A stretch of DNA of 64,000 nt from Octopus vulgaris. Its lineage: Eukaryota. The notes below the pieces were generated by a model. The model ran no database searches. It was given only the letters and a program-made list of their open reading frames with translations, and had not been told where the DNA came from. How positions within the stretch are numbered: the first letter of the stretch is position 1; every line of letters starts with the position of its first letter. The position numbers were made by a program, and so were the translations under genes. Positions 37,531 through 50,390 of the stretch are shown here, one piece after another. The stretch lies in contig OX597814.1 in NCBI GenBank assembly GCA_951406725.2, positions 200,446,001-200,510,000 of the forward strand, in the 5' to 3' direction.

Positions 37531-38075
37531 TATCAACATTTGCATTTTCAGGCAGGTCAGGTAATGTAATTTGTAGACAAGACAGTTACAGTGAAGATCA
37601 GGTACTAAGCAACGAAGCCCTACAATGTAAATTGATATGGACTGGTGGAAGTATCGACCTCCTGTAAAATAAATTTTCTGGTACCAATGTCATATATATA
37701 AGGTTGGTGAATGATGACAAAACAAGTATTCAGTTATAAATTCCATATTCAAACCGATGAACTGATTAGTAAATGAGCAAAAACAGTACTTGTTCAATGC
37801 ATTTTTCTTAAACATCTTTGAACTGAACTTGGCTCTCCCTCTAAGATCAGATGAAATAAACCATTTTGATGAGCTGGTAATAATGAAACCAGGTGAGCTT
37901 GTTCTCCACACTATTCTACAGAGGGAGACTTGTGATTTAACAAGTGTTGATTTGTACAGTGAGACTAAATATATGCTTATTAAGCATAAACACATATTTG
38001 TAATTACAAATGTAAAACAAATATACCGTGTACTTTTCTTTTCATTAGATTTCTTATAATTTTGGGAAACAATTA

Positions 38076-39192
38076 TGTGGTGATGTCAAAAAGTTCCCAC
38101 ACTAGATCTGTAGTGTACCAACATATGGTAGCACATGGTTGCATGCATAGTGACAGCTAGCAGTGACCTTCGTGACACAGTGTGCCGAGTGATATCACTG
38201 TGTTTACCTTACAAGTTGTGACATTTGTGTTTCTTATTTCTATATTGCCCAGAAGGGGCTAAACATAGAGGGGACAAACAAGGACAGACAAAGAGATTAA
38301 GTCAATTACATTAACCCCAGTGCGTAACTAGCACTTAATTCATCGACCCTGAAAGGATAAAAGGCAAAGTCGATCTCAGCAGAATTTGAACTCAGAACGT
38401 AATGGTAGACGAAATACTGCTAAGCATTTTACCGAGTGTGTTAATGTTTCTGCCAGCTTGCTGCCTTATCATTTGTGTTTCTGTGATCATGTATATGCTG
38501 TAATCTGTGATTTTGTCATGGATAGAAACAAAGAGCCAATGTGAAATTTTGTGTTAAACTCAAAAAGTCTGCTACAGAGACATTTCAAAGCTTACAACTA
38601 TGAGGCAATGGGTCATACACAGTATTTCAAGAGTCATGGGTGCTTCAAAATTGGTAGAACATCTCTGGAAGATGATGAGCAATCTAGAAGACCTGTCATG
38701 AGCATCACCCCCAAGAAATGTCATATAGTGCAACAAGAATTCATCCTCAGAGCCAGACCATCAATCAGGAGTTCTACTGCAACATTTTGAAGCGTGTGAG
38801 GGAGGACATTCAGCGAATGCAAACAAATCTGTGAAATGAAGAATTGGATTCTTCACAAAGCTCTCCTCAGTTGCGAGTTTCTTGCCAAAAACAATAAGAT
38901 ATCGTTTCCACACCCACCCTATTTGCACTCGCAGACTTTTATTTCTTCACCAAGATGAAAATGCAGCTCAAAGATCACTATTGTCAAGATCCGAAGCAAA
39001 TCACAGGTGTTCAGCTTGTTTACAAGAAAAAAATCTTCCAGGCTGGATTCCAAAAGTAGCAGGAACACTGCGACTGGTGTATTGCTGTGCAAGGTGACTA
39101 TTTTGAAGGAGATGATGTTAAAACTTAGGTAAATAAGTTACTTTTTTTTTAATTAAACATAACTAATCTAGGAACCTTTTGATCCCATCTCA
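38076..39192 (+). mobile_element. Second mariner family, internally deleted, SINE-interrupted
   Basis: TA|tgtggtgatgtcaaaaagttccc ... ggaaccttttgatcccatctca|TA; transposase remnants QRANVKFCVKL and FKIGRTSLEDDEQSRRP, with a terminal GDYFEGD. Confidence 0.88.
38235..38469 (-). mobile_element. tRNA-SINE family B nested in mariner, 13-bp TSD
   Basis: TSD catttgtgtttct at 38222-38234 and 38470-38482. Confidence 0.92.
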
Positions 39193-39839
39193 TAGAAGCA
39201 TGAGTCCAACCTTTTGAAAATGTTACTTGCAATAAAGTCTCCAGGGAAATTTTTATTATGTAATACAACAAAAGCTAAGAACTAAAACAAGGAATTTCAC
39301 CAGTATATATATATGTATATATATATATTCTAAGGTATAATTTTCAGCACCATTATCTGGTGGAGTTCTATGTTGAGATGTCAAGAGTAAGGAGTTACTT
39401 CTTAGTCACTATTCCTCCCTGCTTCACTCTAGTTTGAGTTAACAGTACCCCTAAAGGACCTCAGTTAAGTGTCAAATAGTAGATGGTCCTGTGGTGGTTT
39501 AGGTATACAGGACTCAGAGAAAGCCTAACCCCCAAGACATGTAGCACAAAGGCCCACTGGTATGTTGGCATGCTCTGATATCACATGTACTAGTTCCCTT
39601 ATTACATGATTAAATAGACCCTGTACCACAAGGCCAAGCTTGGGACAATAAGTGAATACTAGAGTAAACTGTAGAAAGCAATGAGAAACCACTACTGTAT
39701 TTTTCCCAAGACATATGGATAGCGGTGCCCCAGCATGGTCACAGCTCGTGAGCTGAAACTAGATAAACTTTTTTTAAAATGTGTCTTCTGACTTTGGCAT
39801 GGAGATCTATGAGCAACAATATCTGTAAAACTGACATGG

Positions 39840-40070
39840 CACATTGAAAGAAATAGAGACAAAGATTGATTTTTCACACTTCCTTGAGCTGGTTCCACAT
39901 AAAACGCACCCAGTACACTCTAAAGTGGTTGGTGTTAGGATAGGCATCCAACCATGCCAAAACAGACAGTTGAAGCTTGGTGCAATTCTCTGGCTTGCCA
40001 ACTCCTGCCAAACTGTCCAACACATGGCAGCATGGAAAACAGTCATTAAATAATGAAGATGGTGATGATG
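39840..40070 (+). mobile_element. RTE LINE 3' end
   Basis: cacccagtacactctaaagtggttggtgttagga...cagcatggaaaacagtcattaaataatgaagatggtgatgatg. Confidence 0.75.
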
Positions 40071-40562
40071 ACATTCAATTTGAATATCTGTAAATTGATA
40101 CCCCAGACAAGGATGCTGCATAGTGGTAGTGCAGAGCTAGTGGTATCAGACAGAGGTAAGGTAATAAAACAAAAAGAGAAGCTTGAATGGATGGTGTGAT
40201 GTTCAGTGAGTTTTTAACAAACAGCTAAATGACTTTGGAATTTAGGGTTGTATAACAGAAGCACCATCCTTGATGCAGGACCAATATTTCATTGTGTGTT
40301 TGAGTTGAGATTTGCAGAAAGTCAGCAACTGATCAGAGCTGGAGTATTTTTATTGCTTTAAATAGGAAAGATGGTCTCTGGGGTGCTATTTATGTAATGC
40401 TATGAATATGAGATTCCCAGCAGAGATTATCAGAGATTGTGAAGCCTAACAGTCGTAGCAACTTTTATGTTTATAATCACATGTTACTAAAGGCTACAGA
40501 ATATGGAAGTATAAAATATTTTCTTTGATGTGTGCGTGGTTTTGTTATCTTTATGGTACCAC

Positions 40563-40895
40563 AAGCACAGACATGGCTGTTTAGTTAAGAAGCTCATTTT
40601 GCAATCATGTGGCATCAGGTTCAAGTCCCACTACAGAACACCTTCGGCAAATATCTTCTACTCTAGTCCCATGTCAACCAATGTTTTGTGAGTTAATTTG
40701 GTAGATGCAAATTCTGTGAAAGTTTGTCAATCTCCTGTCCAACTGCCTGACAACCGGTGTTGGTTTGTTTACATCTCTAACTTAAAAATTTGGCAAAACA
40801 GCAACATAAGTACAGAGTCAATTTTGTTCAACTGAAACATTTTATGGTGGAGCCCAAGCATGGCTGTTATCCAATGACTGAAACAAAAGATAGAA
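40563..40895 (+). mobile_element. Degenerate family-A SINE
   Basis: catggctgtttagttaagaagc...atttggtagatg...gacaaccggtgttggtttgtttac...aatgactgaaac. Confidence 0.75.
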
Positions 40896-41220
40896 TATGA
40901 AACTGTCAGGGTCTAGGTAGCATATGGATTAAATGTCTGTGCGAATAAGTTTAGAGAGGAGTGAAAATTGGTATCATCTGCATTGGAGCAAGAATTGCTA
41001 GAGGTACCAGCAGGTAAATATTTAAGGAAGGAAGGAAGAAGCTGAGTGACATAAACCAAGTTTATTAGAGAATCAATTCAGAAATAAATATAGAAGGGTC
41101 AAATAAGTCAAATCAGATGCTGAAATGGAAAGGTTTTTAACAAACATACTAAGTCGGAAATAGTTTTAGAAGAACTATTCTTCAGTAATATTTCATTACT
41201 CATATAAAGTAATTCATACA

Positions 41221-41338
41221 AACACACACATATCTATATATCTATATATATATATCTATATATATATCTATATATATCTATATATATATCTATATATATC
41301 TATATATATCTATATATATATCTATATATATCTATATA

Positions 41339-41378
<40 letters not shown>

Positions 41379-41515
41379 ATATCTATATATATATTTATGA
41401 ATTACTATATGAGTAATGAAATATACACAGACACAACAGCGCTTCATCTATATACATACACACACAAATATAGTGTGTGTGTGTGTGTGTGTGCATATAT
41501 ATATATATTTGTGTG

Positions 41516-41569
<54 letters not shown>

Positions 41570-41630
41570 AAAGTATTTCATATATATTCATCCATATGAT
41601 ATTATATATATATATATATACATATATATC
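41221..41630. repeat. Long compound microsatellite with (TATATATATC)n, (TA)n, (TG)n and (CA)n
   Basis: Read directly from the sequence. Confidence 0.95.
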
Positions 41631-42399
41631 CTAATGGAAATATTTCATATTTCTACAAAGAGATATATTTGCATGAAGAAGTAGACGCAGTATAGCAAAT
41701 TCAAACAACAATAATTTAATATGATAAGAGCAAAGTTAGTAATCTTTTTCTTATTAATATGATTGATATATTCATAAGGTTATTTTCAAAGCATCGTGAA
41801 TATTTCCCATTTAATGTTTTATGCCGTGGAATAAGAAAGTTTTCAATTTGTTGCTGTCATGTCATATGAAATATTAGATGTATTAGTACATTTGTGTGAA
41901 AATGTAAGATCTGAAATAGCGTAATTAATTGGCGCCTAGCATTTCAGAAGAAGGAAACGGCAAATTAATAAAAATGGCTCATTTACACGCTTTAGACAGT
42001 GACCATGTCTCCTTTGCTATTCAGATAATTTGGACTTTAAGTTATATGAAGTTAAAAACTATAAAGTTGTGTAAAGCTAAAGTAAAATTAAATTGCTAGT
42101 ATTTTGTACTGAGTAGTGGTAACACTTTTATAGAATGAGACACAGAACAGAGCAATATTGAAGTTAGTAAATTCTTCAGAGACAATCAAATATGTTTTAT
42201 GTATTAAATATATCATCATCATCATCACTTAACATCTGTTTTCCATGGTGGTAGTGGTTGGAAGATGTCAAGCTCCAATGTCTCTTGGCACGGTTTCTAC
42301 AGAATGGTAAAAGACAGGTGCAAAGAAATTGTAGTGATGCTGGAGCAGAGATGAGTTATGCATGCTGTGTAGAAGAGACAAGATGACGGGGACGAGCCA

Positions 42400-42845
42400 G
42401 ACAACTCAAGTACAATTCTTTTGTCTGGATGAAAGGTGAAAGGAATGCAATGGAGTAGCTATATCAATCACAGAGAAAATTGGATACAGTAATTAGAATA
42501 GCCAAGTATGTGATACAACAATTATGATTAGTCTATTAATGGACAATGCAACAGTGAAAATTATCTTCACATACACAACACAATCATGGTTGGCAGATGA
42601 ACAGAAAGACTACATTTACAAGGCCCTCCTGTAAACTACTGATAACAAATGATAATTACTTCATTATGGTGATTTTAATGGATGTGTTGAACCACACTAT
42701 GATGGCTTACTTGACATACATAGATGTTATGGATATGCCTGAGAAATGAGCAGGGATCAAAGCTTCTGAGTTTTGTGAGGCAACTGACATGACCATTTGT
42801 AACTCAGATATCATGAAACCAAACATACACTGGGCACTTACCAAC
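42400..42845 (+). mobile_element. RTE LINE apurinic endonuclease-domain remnant
   Basis: ...DEQKDYIYKALL...YGDFNGCV...HRCYGY..RNEQGSKLL..CEATDMTICNS...TYQ fits the APE motifs GDFNG and RN..G..LL. Confidence 0.75.
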
Positions 42846-43326
42846 TGAAACACAGAAGCTGTTGCAAACATTCCATACAGACCTCTAGTTTGACAAAGAA
42901 CTTTCCTACCTCACCAGTCTTGGAGGCCATAATAAATAAGCAGTCACAGGATTGATCTTTCCTCTTTAGAAAGAGCTTTCAGAGTTGCTGCATTTTAACT
43001 CCAGGTTTAGCTACTGTGTGTCTTGGTTGCCATTCCTAATGTTATAGGTCTTGGATGATCTTTTCATCATGCTAAATGGATAGTGCAAATCAAAGTTCCA
43101 GTATTTATTGTGCCATGACTATTGGCTTGCAATATACAGATGCTGTGACTCCTCACTATGCAAATTAGCACATTAAGGAAGGCCAGTTTATTGTCCCTTC
43201 AACTTTTTTTCTGTAAATTGCACTGATAATCTAATTATGGTCCAGCAATATTTACATTAATGAAGGCAGTGTGAGAAGGAGTCATCTATACAACGCACAA
43301 AAATATCCCTGGTATGGGTAATAGAT

Positions 43327-43595
43327 TCATCATCATCATCATTTAGCGTCCACTTTCCATGCTAGCATGGGTTGGACGGTTCAACTGGTGTTTGGGAAGC
43401 CAGAAGACTGCACCAGGCCCAGTCTGATCTGGCGATGTTTCTACAGCTGGATGCCCTTCCTAATGCCAACCACTCCACGAGTGTAGTGGGTGCTTTTTAC
43501 GTGCCACCGGCAAAGGTGCAAGACGGGGCTGGCAAACGGCCACGGTCAGATGGTGCTTTTTACGTGCCACTGGCACAGGGACCAGACGAGACTGA
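43327..43595 (-). mobile_element. RTE LINE 3' end
   Basis: Nearly the same as 19327-19560, with two repeat units. Confidence 0.9.
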
Positions 43596-44559
43596 TTGAA
43601 AACAATAAAACAAATGAAAAAAACTGGAGAGTGCAATGACTGAAATATTGTGAAATACCAACCAAAATGAAGACACAAGTTTAAATATATCAGTGTAAAA
43701 TAATGAGTTAAATATACTAATACTAACTTAGCTAGTTTTCACTGCAGATGGTATCTGAGTAATTTTTCTCACTGATTTATTACTATATTAAATATCTTAC
43801 ATTTTTCATTATTTTATGTTTTTACTGGAAAGATTTGCGAAGAAAAATGTAAGTATAAGAAAATTTGTTATTCTAAACAGACTTATGAATGAAAAATGTC
43901 ACAGATCTAATTGTCAAGATATATTGGCTAGAGTAGAAAACCTTCAACACAACAGCTTGAATAGATTATTAAGTAGATGTTGTCTCATAAAAAAAGAAAA
44001 TTTACAAAACTTATACCTCAGCGAAGAATTCTAAAACATATTAGTGAGGTCTCCAATTTCAGGATAATGCAGTCTTTTAATATATTGCTGCCAACTGCAC
44101 CTTCCCTTGCATAAAGCCACTATTTGGCGAAGAATACATATACAAATGGGAAGAAAGAGTCTTGGGTAGTGCCTTGGGAAACAATTGGGCTGCTTACAAG
44201 GGTGAACCCAGTTAACTGTGTCTGAAGCACTTTGTTATTTTAGAGAAAGCAGCAAAGAGGAAACCAATGATGAAGTTTGTTAAGGAAGAACAACTCAATT
44301 TGCAGCACTATTTTTCATCCTCTACACTAAAATGCATACAGTTAAGGCCAACCATGGTCCTACTTACCAGTTACTAACATACTATTTACATTACTAGAGA
44401 GAGATAAAGAAAGAAGAAGAGAGATACATTTTATCTCGCTTCAGCAGTCATAGCCAATAGCTATATGCATACCCAGAATCTACTCTTCCTAGTGCATATT
44501 TCTCACACCTTGTTGTCAGCATTAAATACTATCCATTACTCATATATAGTTTCTCTTTT

Positions 44560-45087
44560 ATCATCATCATCATTTAACATCCGTTTTCCATGTTAGCATG
44601 GGTTGGACGATTTTGACTGAGGGCTGGTGAACCAGATGGCTGCACCAGGCTCCAATCTTGATCTGGCAGAGTTTCTACAGCTGGATGCCCTTCCTAACGC
44701 CAACCACTCCAAGAGTGTAGTGGATGCTTTTTACGTGCCAGTCAGGTAGTATTGGCAATGACCTTGCTCGAATCTTTTTACACATTCCACCGGCACAGGT
44801 GCCAGTAAGGCGACATTGGTAATGATCACGCTTGAATCATGCCCTTTTATGTGCCACGGCATGGGGGCCAGTCAGGCGGTACTGACAATGACCTCGCTCG
44901 AATCTTTTTACACATGCCACCGGCACAGAAGCCAGTTGGCTGCTCTGGCAACGATCACGCTCAGATGGTGCTCTTGGCACCCTACAAGCATGGGTACAAG
45001 TGCCAGTAAGGCGATGCTGGTAACGATCACACTCTAATGATGCCCCTTTATGTGCTACTGGCACGGAAGCCAGTTAGCCACTCTGTC
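44560..45087 (-). mobile_element. RTE LINE 3' end with about six tandem ~60-bp units
   Basis: (CAT)n plus conserved tail, followed by alternating unit variants. Confidence 0.9.
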
Positions 45088-45655
45088 AAACTTTCTTTGA
45101 GTATATTTGCCACTTTAAACTATCTTTACCAGTTAAAATCCTATATTTCTAAATCAAAAGCAATCCAAATAAACATGGCCACTTTCTTCCCTCCAAATCC
45201 AATCTTTATTTGTTATTCTTTAAATAAAGCAAAACATTTCACATCTTCATACCCCTACAGTATCTATTGTATCCATAACTCTCTAAAATTTCAAGCTAGC
45301 TGACTGGTTGCAACTCCAATGCTGGTTAACTCTGGCAGCAAATGTATTTTTGAATCCCTGACTTATCCAAACAGCTCAGTAGGTTACCATATATATGTCT
45401 CTCAATCTTCACAGATGCAATGCTTTCAGCCTCCAACATTCCTAATGGTTCTATTATGTAATAGAACAAGCAAAAGATACAGTCTATAATAGTTCTGGAG
45501 GATGAACTGCCACTACCTGGGAAGCATTTCAAACTTCTTCCTTAAAAGAATTAGGGATTAAAAAAATTATTTCTAAAACAAAATTACTCTACATAATTAG
45601 TTATGAATAAATTGAAAATTCTCGAAAAAAATAGTCATTCATGCAAAGATATAAG

Positions 45656-45995
45656 AAGGCACATGGCTCCATAGTTAGAGTGTTGGGCTCACAATCATAA
45701 GGTAGTGAGTTCAATTCTCAGACCAGGTTGTGTGTTGTGTTTTTAAGCAAGACACATTATTTCACTTTGCTCCAATTCACTCAGCTGTAGAGATAAATGA
45801 GTAGCGACATCACTGGTGCCAAGCTGTATCGGCCCCTTTGCCTTTCCCTTGGATAACATCAGTGGTATGGAGAGGGGAGGCTGGCATGCACAGGCAAGTG
45901 CTTTTCTTCCATAAAACAACTTTGCCTGGACTCACGCCTTGGAGGAGAACTTTCTTGGTGCAATCACATGGTCATTCATGACCGAAGGGAATCTA
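45656..45995 (+). mobile_element. Full-length tRNA-SINE family C
   Basis: gaaggcacatggctccatagttagag...gagttcaattc...aagcaagacac...ggtgcaatcacatggtcattcatgaccgaaggg. Confidence 0.88.
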
Positions 45996-48189
45996 TATAA
46001 GAAAAAGGGCTCAATATTTACAGCCTTTTAAAAATGGCAAAATTTTCATTGATTTGTTGAATAAATTAATAATTGTCACTGCAAATGACAATAATTACAA
46101 ATATTTATTACTCCAGACATGTAGCACTGACACAACAAATGGCAGGCGACATTTAATGACTTTCACAAGCATTCAGACATACTCTTCAGTCTGAAAACTA
46201 TGAGTTATGTTTGCTTTCTCTCATTTCCTTCCCTATTCTTAGAATCCCTGTGCATGTGAGTGTGTCTATGTTCGTGTTGACTTGTCTTGACATTGCTTGA
46301 TGACTGTACATTAGTGTAATTCTCATACAAACAATGTCATTCATTTCTAATATTCTGTGAGTACATGTCTGGCATGGGGAAATTTCATTTTGCTAGGAAA
46401 CAGGTAGGTGATAGAAAGAGCATCCAGCCATAATAAAATCTGCTTCAATAAACTCCACATAAGCATAGAAAAGTGGACACTGAAATTCTGATAATGATGA
46501 TATACTTCGTATTTTAAGTCATAAAAACAGAAATGATTTTTCACTTGCAGAATATGTTAGAATTTTGTCTAACAGCCAAATCCAGATCTATCTATAGAAA
46601 TAATCACTGAATCTAAGAGCAACCTAACAACATATTTAATTCAATTAATTCAATGACAAATAGTAATTGTTAATGAAATCAGAAGTAAGATATTACAACA
46701 TACTGATATTTTTATTCTTACAGCATGAATTTTCTGTTATATAATAAATAGAGATTTGTTCATTGCAGACATTGAAAAAATTTGAAACTCAGTCACACGG
46801 TGCTGAGTTGCAATAATTCAAATGAAAACAGAAATTTGTAGGATATAAATTTATGCTATAAATTTCTGCAACAGTCATTGCAATTTATGCGGTGGCTTCT
46901 AACTCCATGCTTTTTTACCGTTATATCAAAAAAAAAAAAAATTTATTTTTGTCAGCCTTAAAAAATTTAGAGATTAACTAATCTATCTTTGAAAATTATT
47001 GTGCAACAAAATGAGATGTTTTGAAAATTAGTTTAGAACTGCCATAAAATTTACACAGTGATTGTTTTTTTTCAGTATTAATCAGAACATAGAATTTATC
47101 ACTCAAAATGGACAAGATGTTAAAGGCTATTTTCATTACTGAAACAGAGGTTAAACTTGCTTTATCAAGGAAATAGACATTAGGATGCATATTGTCATGT
47201 GGTGAAAGTTCATACCCTTCCCCAAGCCTCTGAAAGTAATTTGTAAATCTTTTACAGGTATCCGGCCTCGTCAGCTCTTGCGAAACTGACCTATGCCAGA
47301 ATGGAGAGCAAACGTTAAATAATGATGAAGATGATGATGATGAAGTCATTAAGTATGAACTTAAAGAGCCTCTAACCACAGACAAATTGACAGAAAACAA
47401 CAGAGCGACAATATGCAAAAACAAAAATAAATGTATAAATAGATAAATAAAAATATAAAGCAGAGACCAAAACTCATGTTGAATAGCATCATCATCATTT
47501 AGCGACCGAAATAAATCATTTCTGGCTCAAGAAAAGCATAATTATATGAGTTTAAATAGGGATTAAATGCTATACAGTAAAGTGGATTAGTTTTTAACAT
47601 GAAGTTTCAAATGTTTAAAGCTGATCAAGAATTTGACAAAACATAAAAGTAGAAGTAATAGTTTGTTTCTAATATGTCTGAACAGCAACTGTGATGTGAC
47701 TCAGTGCTGAAATGATGAATGTAAAATATGTTTAAAAACAAGAATATGGATAAATGTATTAGCCTTGGAATTTTGTTTGTTGAGAGGAAATAATTAAATA
47801 AAATATTAAGAAGTAGTGTGACAAAATAAATAAGAAATAATTTAGAGAAATAATTAATTATTATAATCCACATTAAACTAAGGGAATAAATATTTTAAGT
47901 TTTAAAAACTATATTGAAAGAATAGCAATTAAATATATGCAATATTTTGTGGACCAATAAGTGCTTCTGCTGTTAAATTTTGCTGATTTCATGATACAGA
48001 CTGCTTTTAAATATCAAATAGTTTTAAATATCTAACAGTTTAAATATCAAATTATTTTGTTATAAATAAAATCATAATAATGTGTTTTATGCTTGCATGC
48101 ATGTAGGTGTGTAGCAGCTAAAGAAAAAAGGTTGATTTCATTAGTTGAGACATCATATCTGAAGAAATATATAATAATGTTCATCTGTC

Positions 48190-48480
48190 ATTGTCAATGG
48201 TGACCAGGGTATCACATGGAAGAAGATGGGTATGTGTCCAAATGTGGTTGTTCACGCCAATGTGTTCTTTGAAGGTTCTGCCACAGGTCAGGCACTGGTA
48301 GTCTACTGGGAATGAAGGCAAGAAGTTGGCTCTAGACTTGTGCAACTCGTGTTTCCTTTGTGATCGTGCGATCTTATTCTGTTCATAGGTGAAACCTCTG
48401 TTGGTGCACCTGTGTTAGGCAGGGTGGTCTAGTACTTGCATTTCCCATGTGTCAAGGTTGATCTGAAAGCACTACTTCCA
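48190..48480 (-). mobile_element. RTE LINE C-terminus with C2H2 zinc finger
   Basis: Minus-strand translation gives INLDTWE...YQCLTCGRTFKEHIGVNNHIWTH. Confidence 0.8.
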
Positions 48481-48569
48481 TCATTTCACAATATATTTAA
48501 ATGGAAACATTTTAAAAGTCTTACTATATTAATATTTATTCACATATAATATGCAGTCATGTATAGTAT

Positions 48570-48970
48570 GCCCCACAAATTATGAAATCTTGGAAAAATA
48601 TTGGAAGCATCTGTTAGTCTCATAAGACCTTGGATCTGTACATAGGAAACCTTGTTTTGGTTTTGTTGGCTGAACAACATTCGCTGTAACTATTGAGACC
48701 CATATGGCAATCCTGACAGCAGATTCTACAATTGAAGGCACCGTTTGCAAGTCTTGTCTTGGTGCTCTATTTTCTTCAGATATGCTTTTCTTCAACAGCA
48801 ATCATCAGCATCTCCTCTTATCTGTTTAAGGCCTAGGTTAATTCCTGTCTTGAATGGGGACTATCATTTGCAATGTTCCCTCACTTTTCAACATTTAGGT
48901 AAAAACATTCCATGTCACTCTTGCAAACAACTTTGAAATGAAATCACTCCTGTGTTCATCCGCCAGAGAT
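48570..48970 (-). mobile_element. Possible R4/Dong-type LINE C-terminal remnant
   Basis: HGMFL...RKAYLKKIEHQDKTCKRC...LLSG weakly resembles the CCHC knuckle region of restriction-like-endonuclease LINEs. Confidence 0.3.
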
Positions 48971-49199
48971 CAATTTGCCATTTTGTGACCCTCCTATCTG
49001 ACATGCAGTGTACATGGCTCAGCCAATAAAGGAATCATTGTTGTAGTAAGATGAGAAGGCTGAGTATCAGTACATGAGCCAGAGCCTTATTGTTGGTGAA
49101 TTAGTGAATCATAATTAGTTGTACATGATAATTACGTTAGTAATGAGCATGTGATACAAATGAACAATGATGTCAATATGCCACAAAGCAATATACATG

Positions 49200-49890
49200 T
49201 TCATAACCCATGTAATGCTGCATAGGTGGAAAGCCTTGAGATGGCGTTCCTGTCTGGAACAGATGTTCCAGGTCTCATGGCCAGAGGTGGATACTGAGGA
49301 CACAAGCTCTGTAGACAACAACTTGATGTGAACTTACTGTTTTCTCCTTGTCATTCCAGCTACTGTTCCAGAATATCTTCACCTCAGACTCTATGGAAAG
49401 GTCATTCATAATAGTGGAGCCAAGGTATGCAAACTCTTGGACTGCCCCTTACTCAAATTTCATAATGGTCGGAGAATGTTCAGTACCTTAACCCCAGCAC
49501 TTTTGTCTTCTTCAGACTGAGGGTAAAGCTGAAATACTTGAGAGGCTCTTGTGAGGCTGTTCATGAGTCATTGCAGTTGCTCCTCCAAATGTGTTGCGAG
49601 TACTGCAACATGTGCAAACAGCATTTTTTTCAGTACTATGTATACTGTGGCTTTTGCCTTCAGTTGAGACAGACTAAACAGTTTGCTATTTGAGCTTGTG
49701 TGGAGATAAACACCTTTAGTTGATGTTCCAAAGGCATGCTTTCGTATGACAATAAAGAAGGTACCAGAAAGGTTGGGGGCAAGCATGCAGTATTCACTGC
49801 AAATACTGAAGGACTCTGATGAAGAGCCATTGAATGAAACCGTTCATGTCTTTGTAGGATGACTGGACAATCCTGAGAAGGATTGCTGAA
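49200..49890 (-). mobile_element. RTE LINE RT fragment, decayed
   Basis: LAPNLSGTFF...GVYLHTSSNSKLFSLSQLKAKATV...MLFAHVA...EEQLQ; EFAYLGSTI; YRACVLS; ETWNICSRQERHLKAFHL. Confidence 0.88.
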
Positions 49891-50169
49891 CTGCTGTTTA
49901 GCCCCAGGCTAGACATGATTGAACAAACCCACAACCAGAGGTGTTCCGGCTGTGACCATCTAGTCTATTACTGTATATCTCATATATACATGTGTATCTG
50001 TGTGGTGGGGTAAGGAGTTTGTTTTCTGGTTTCAGGGTAAGATGCATTTCATGGTATCTTGGACCAGTGTCGTCTACTATAGTTCCAGGCCAAACAAAGC
50101 CTTTAGTAGATTTGGTACACAAGATCACCTCTTCCAATGTCCCGTCCCCTTTCAAAAGAGTTTTTTTTT

Positions 50170-50390
50170 TTGTCCTGCAAGGTACATGGTGACTGTCAGT
50201 GCTGGCACCACTTAAAAGCACCCAGTCCACACCGTGAAGTGGTTGGCATTTGGAAGGGCATCCAGCCGTACTAATTCTGCTAAAACATTTACAGAAGACT
50301 GGTGCAGGCATCTGCCTGGCTGGCTCTTGTCAAACTGTCCCATTCATGGTGGCATGGAAGGTGGACATTAAACAACAGTGATGATGATAA
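50170..50390 (+). mobile_element. RTE LINE 3' end
   Basis: aaaagcacccagtccacac...ggaagggcatccagccgta...gcatggaaggtggacattaaac...gatgatga. Confidence 0.8.

Noticed and set aside
44725-45087. CRISPR-like appearance of regularly spaced repeats
   Set aside because: The spacers are themselves homologous, the context is a eukaryotic LINE 3'UTR, and no cas genes are present.
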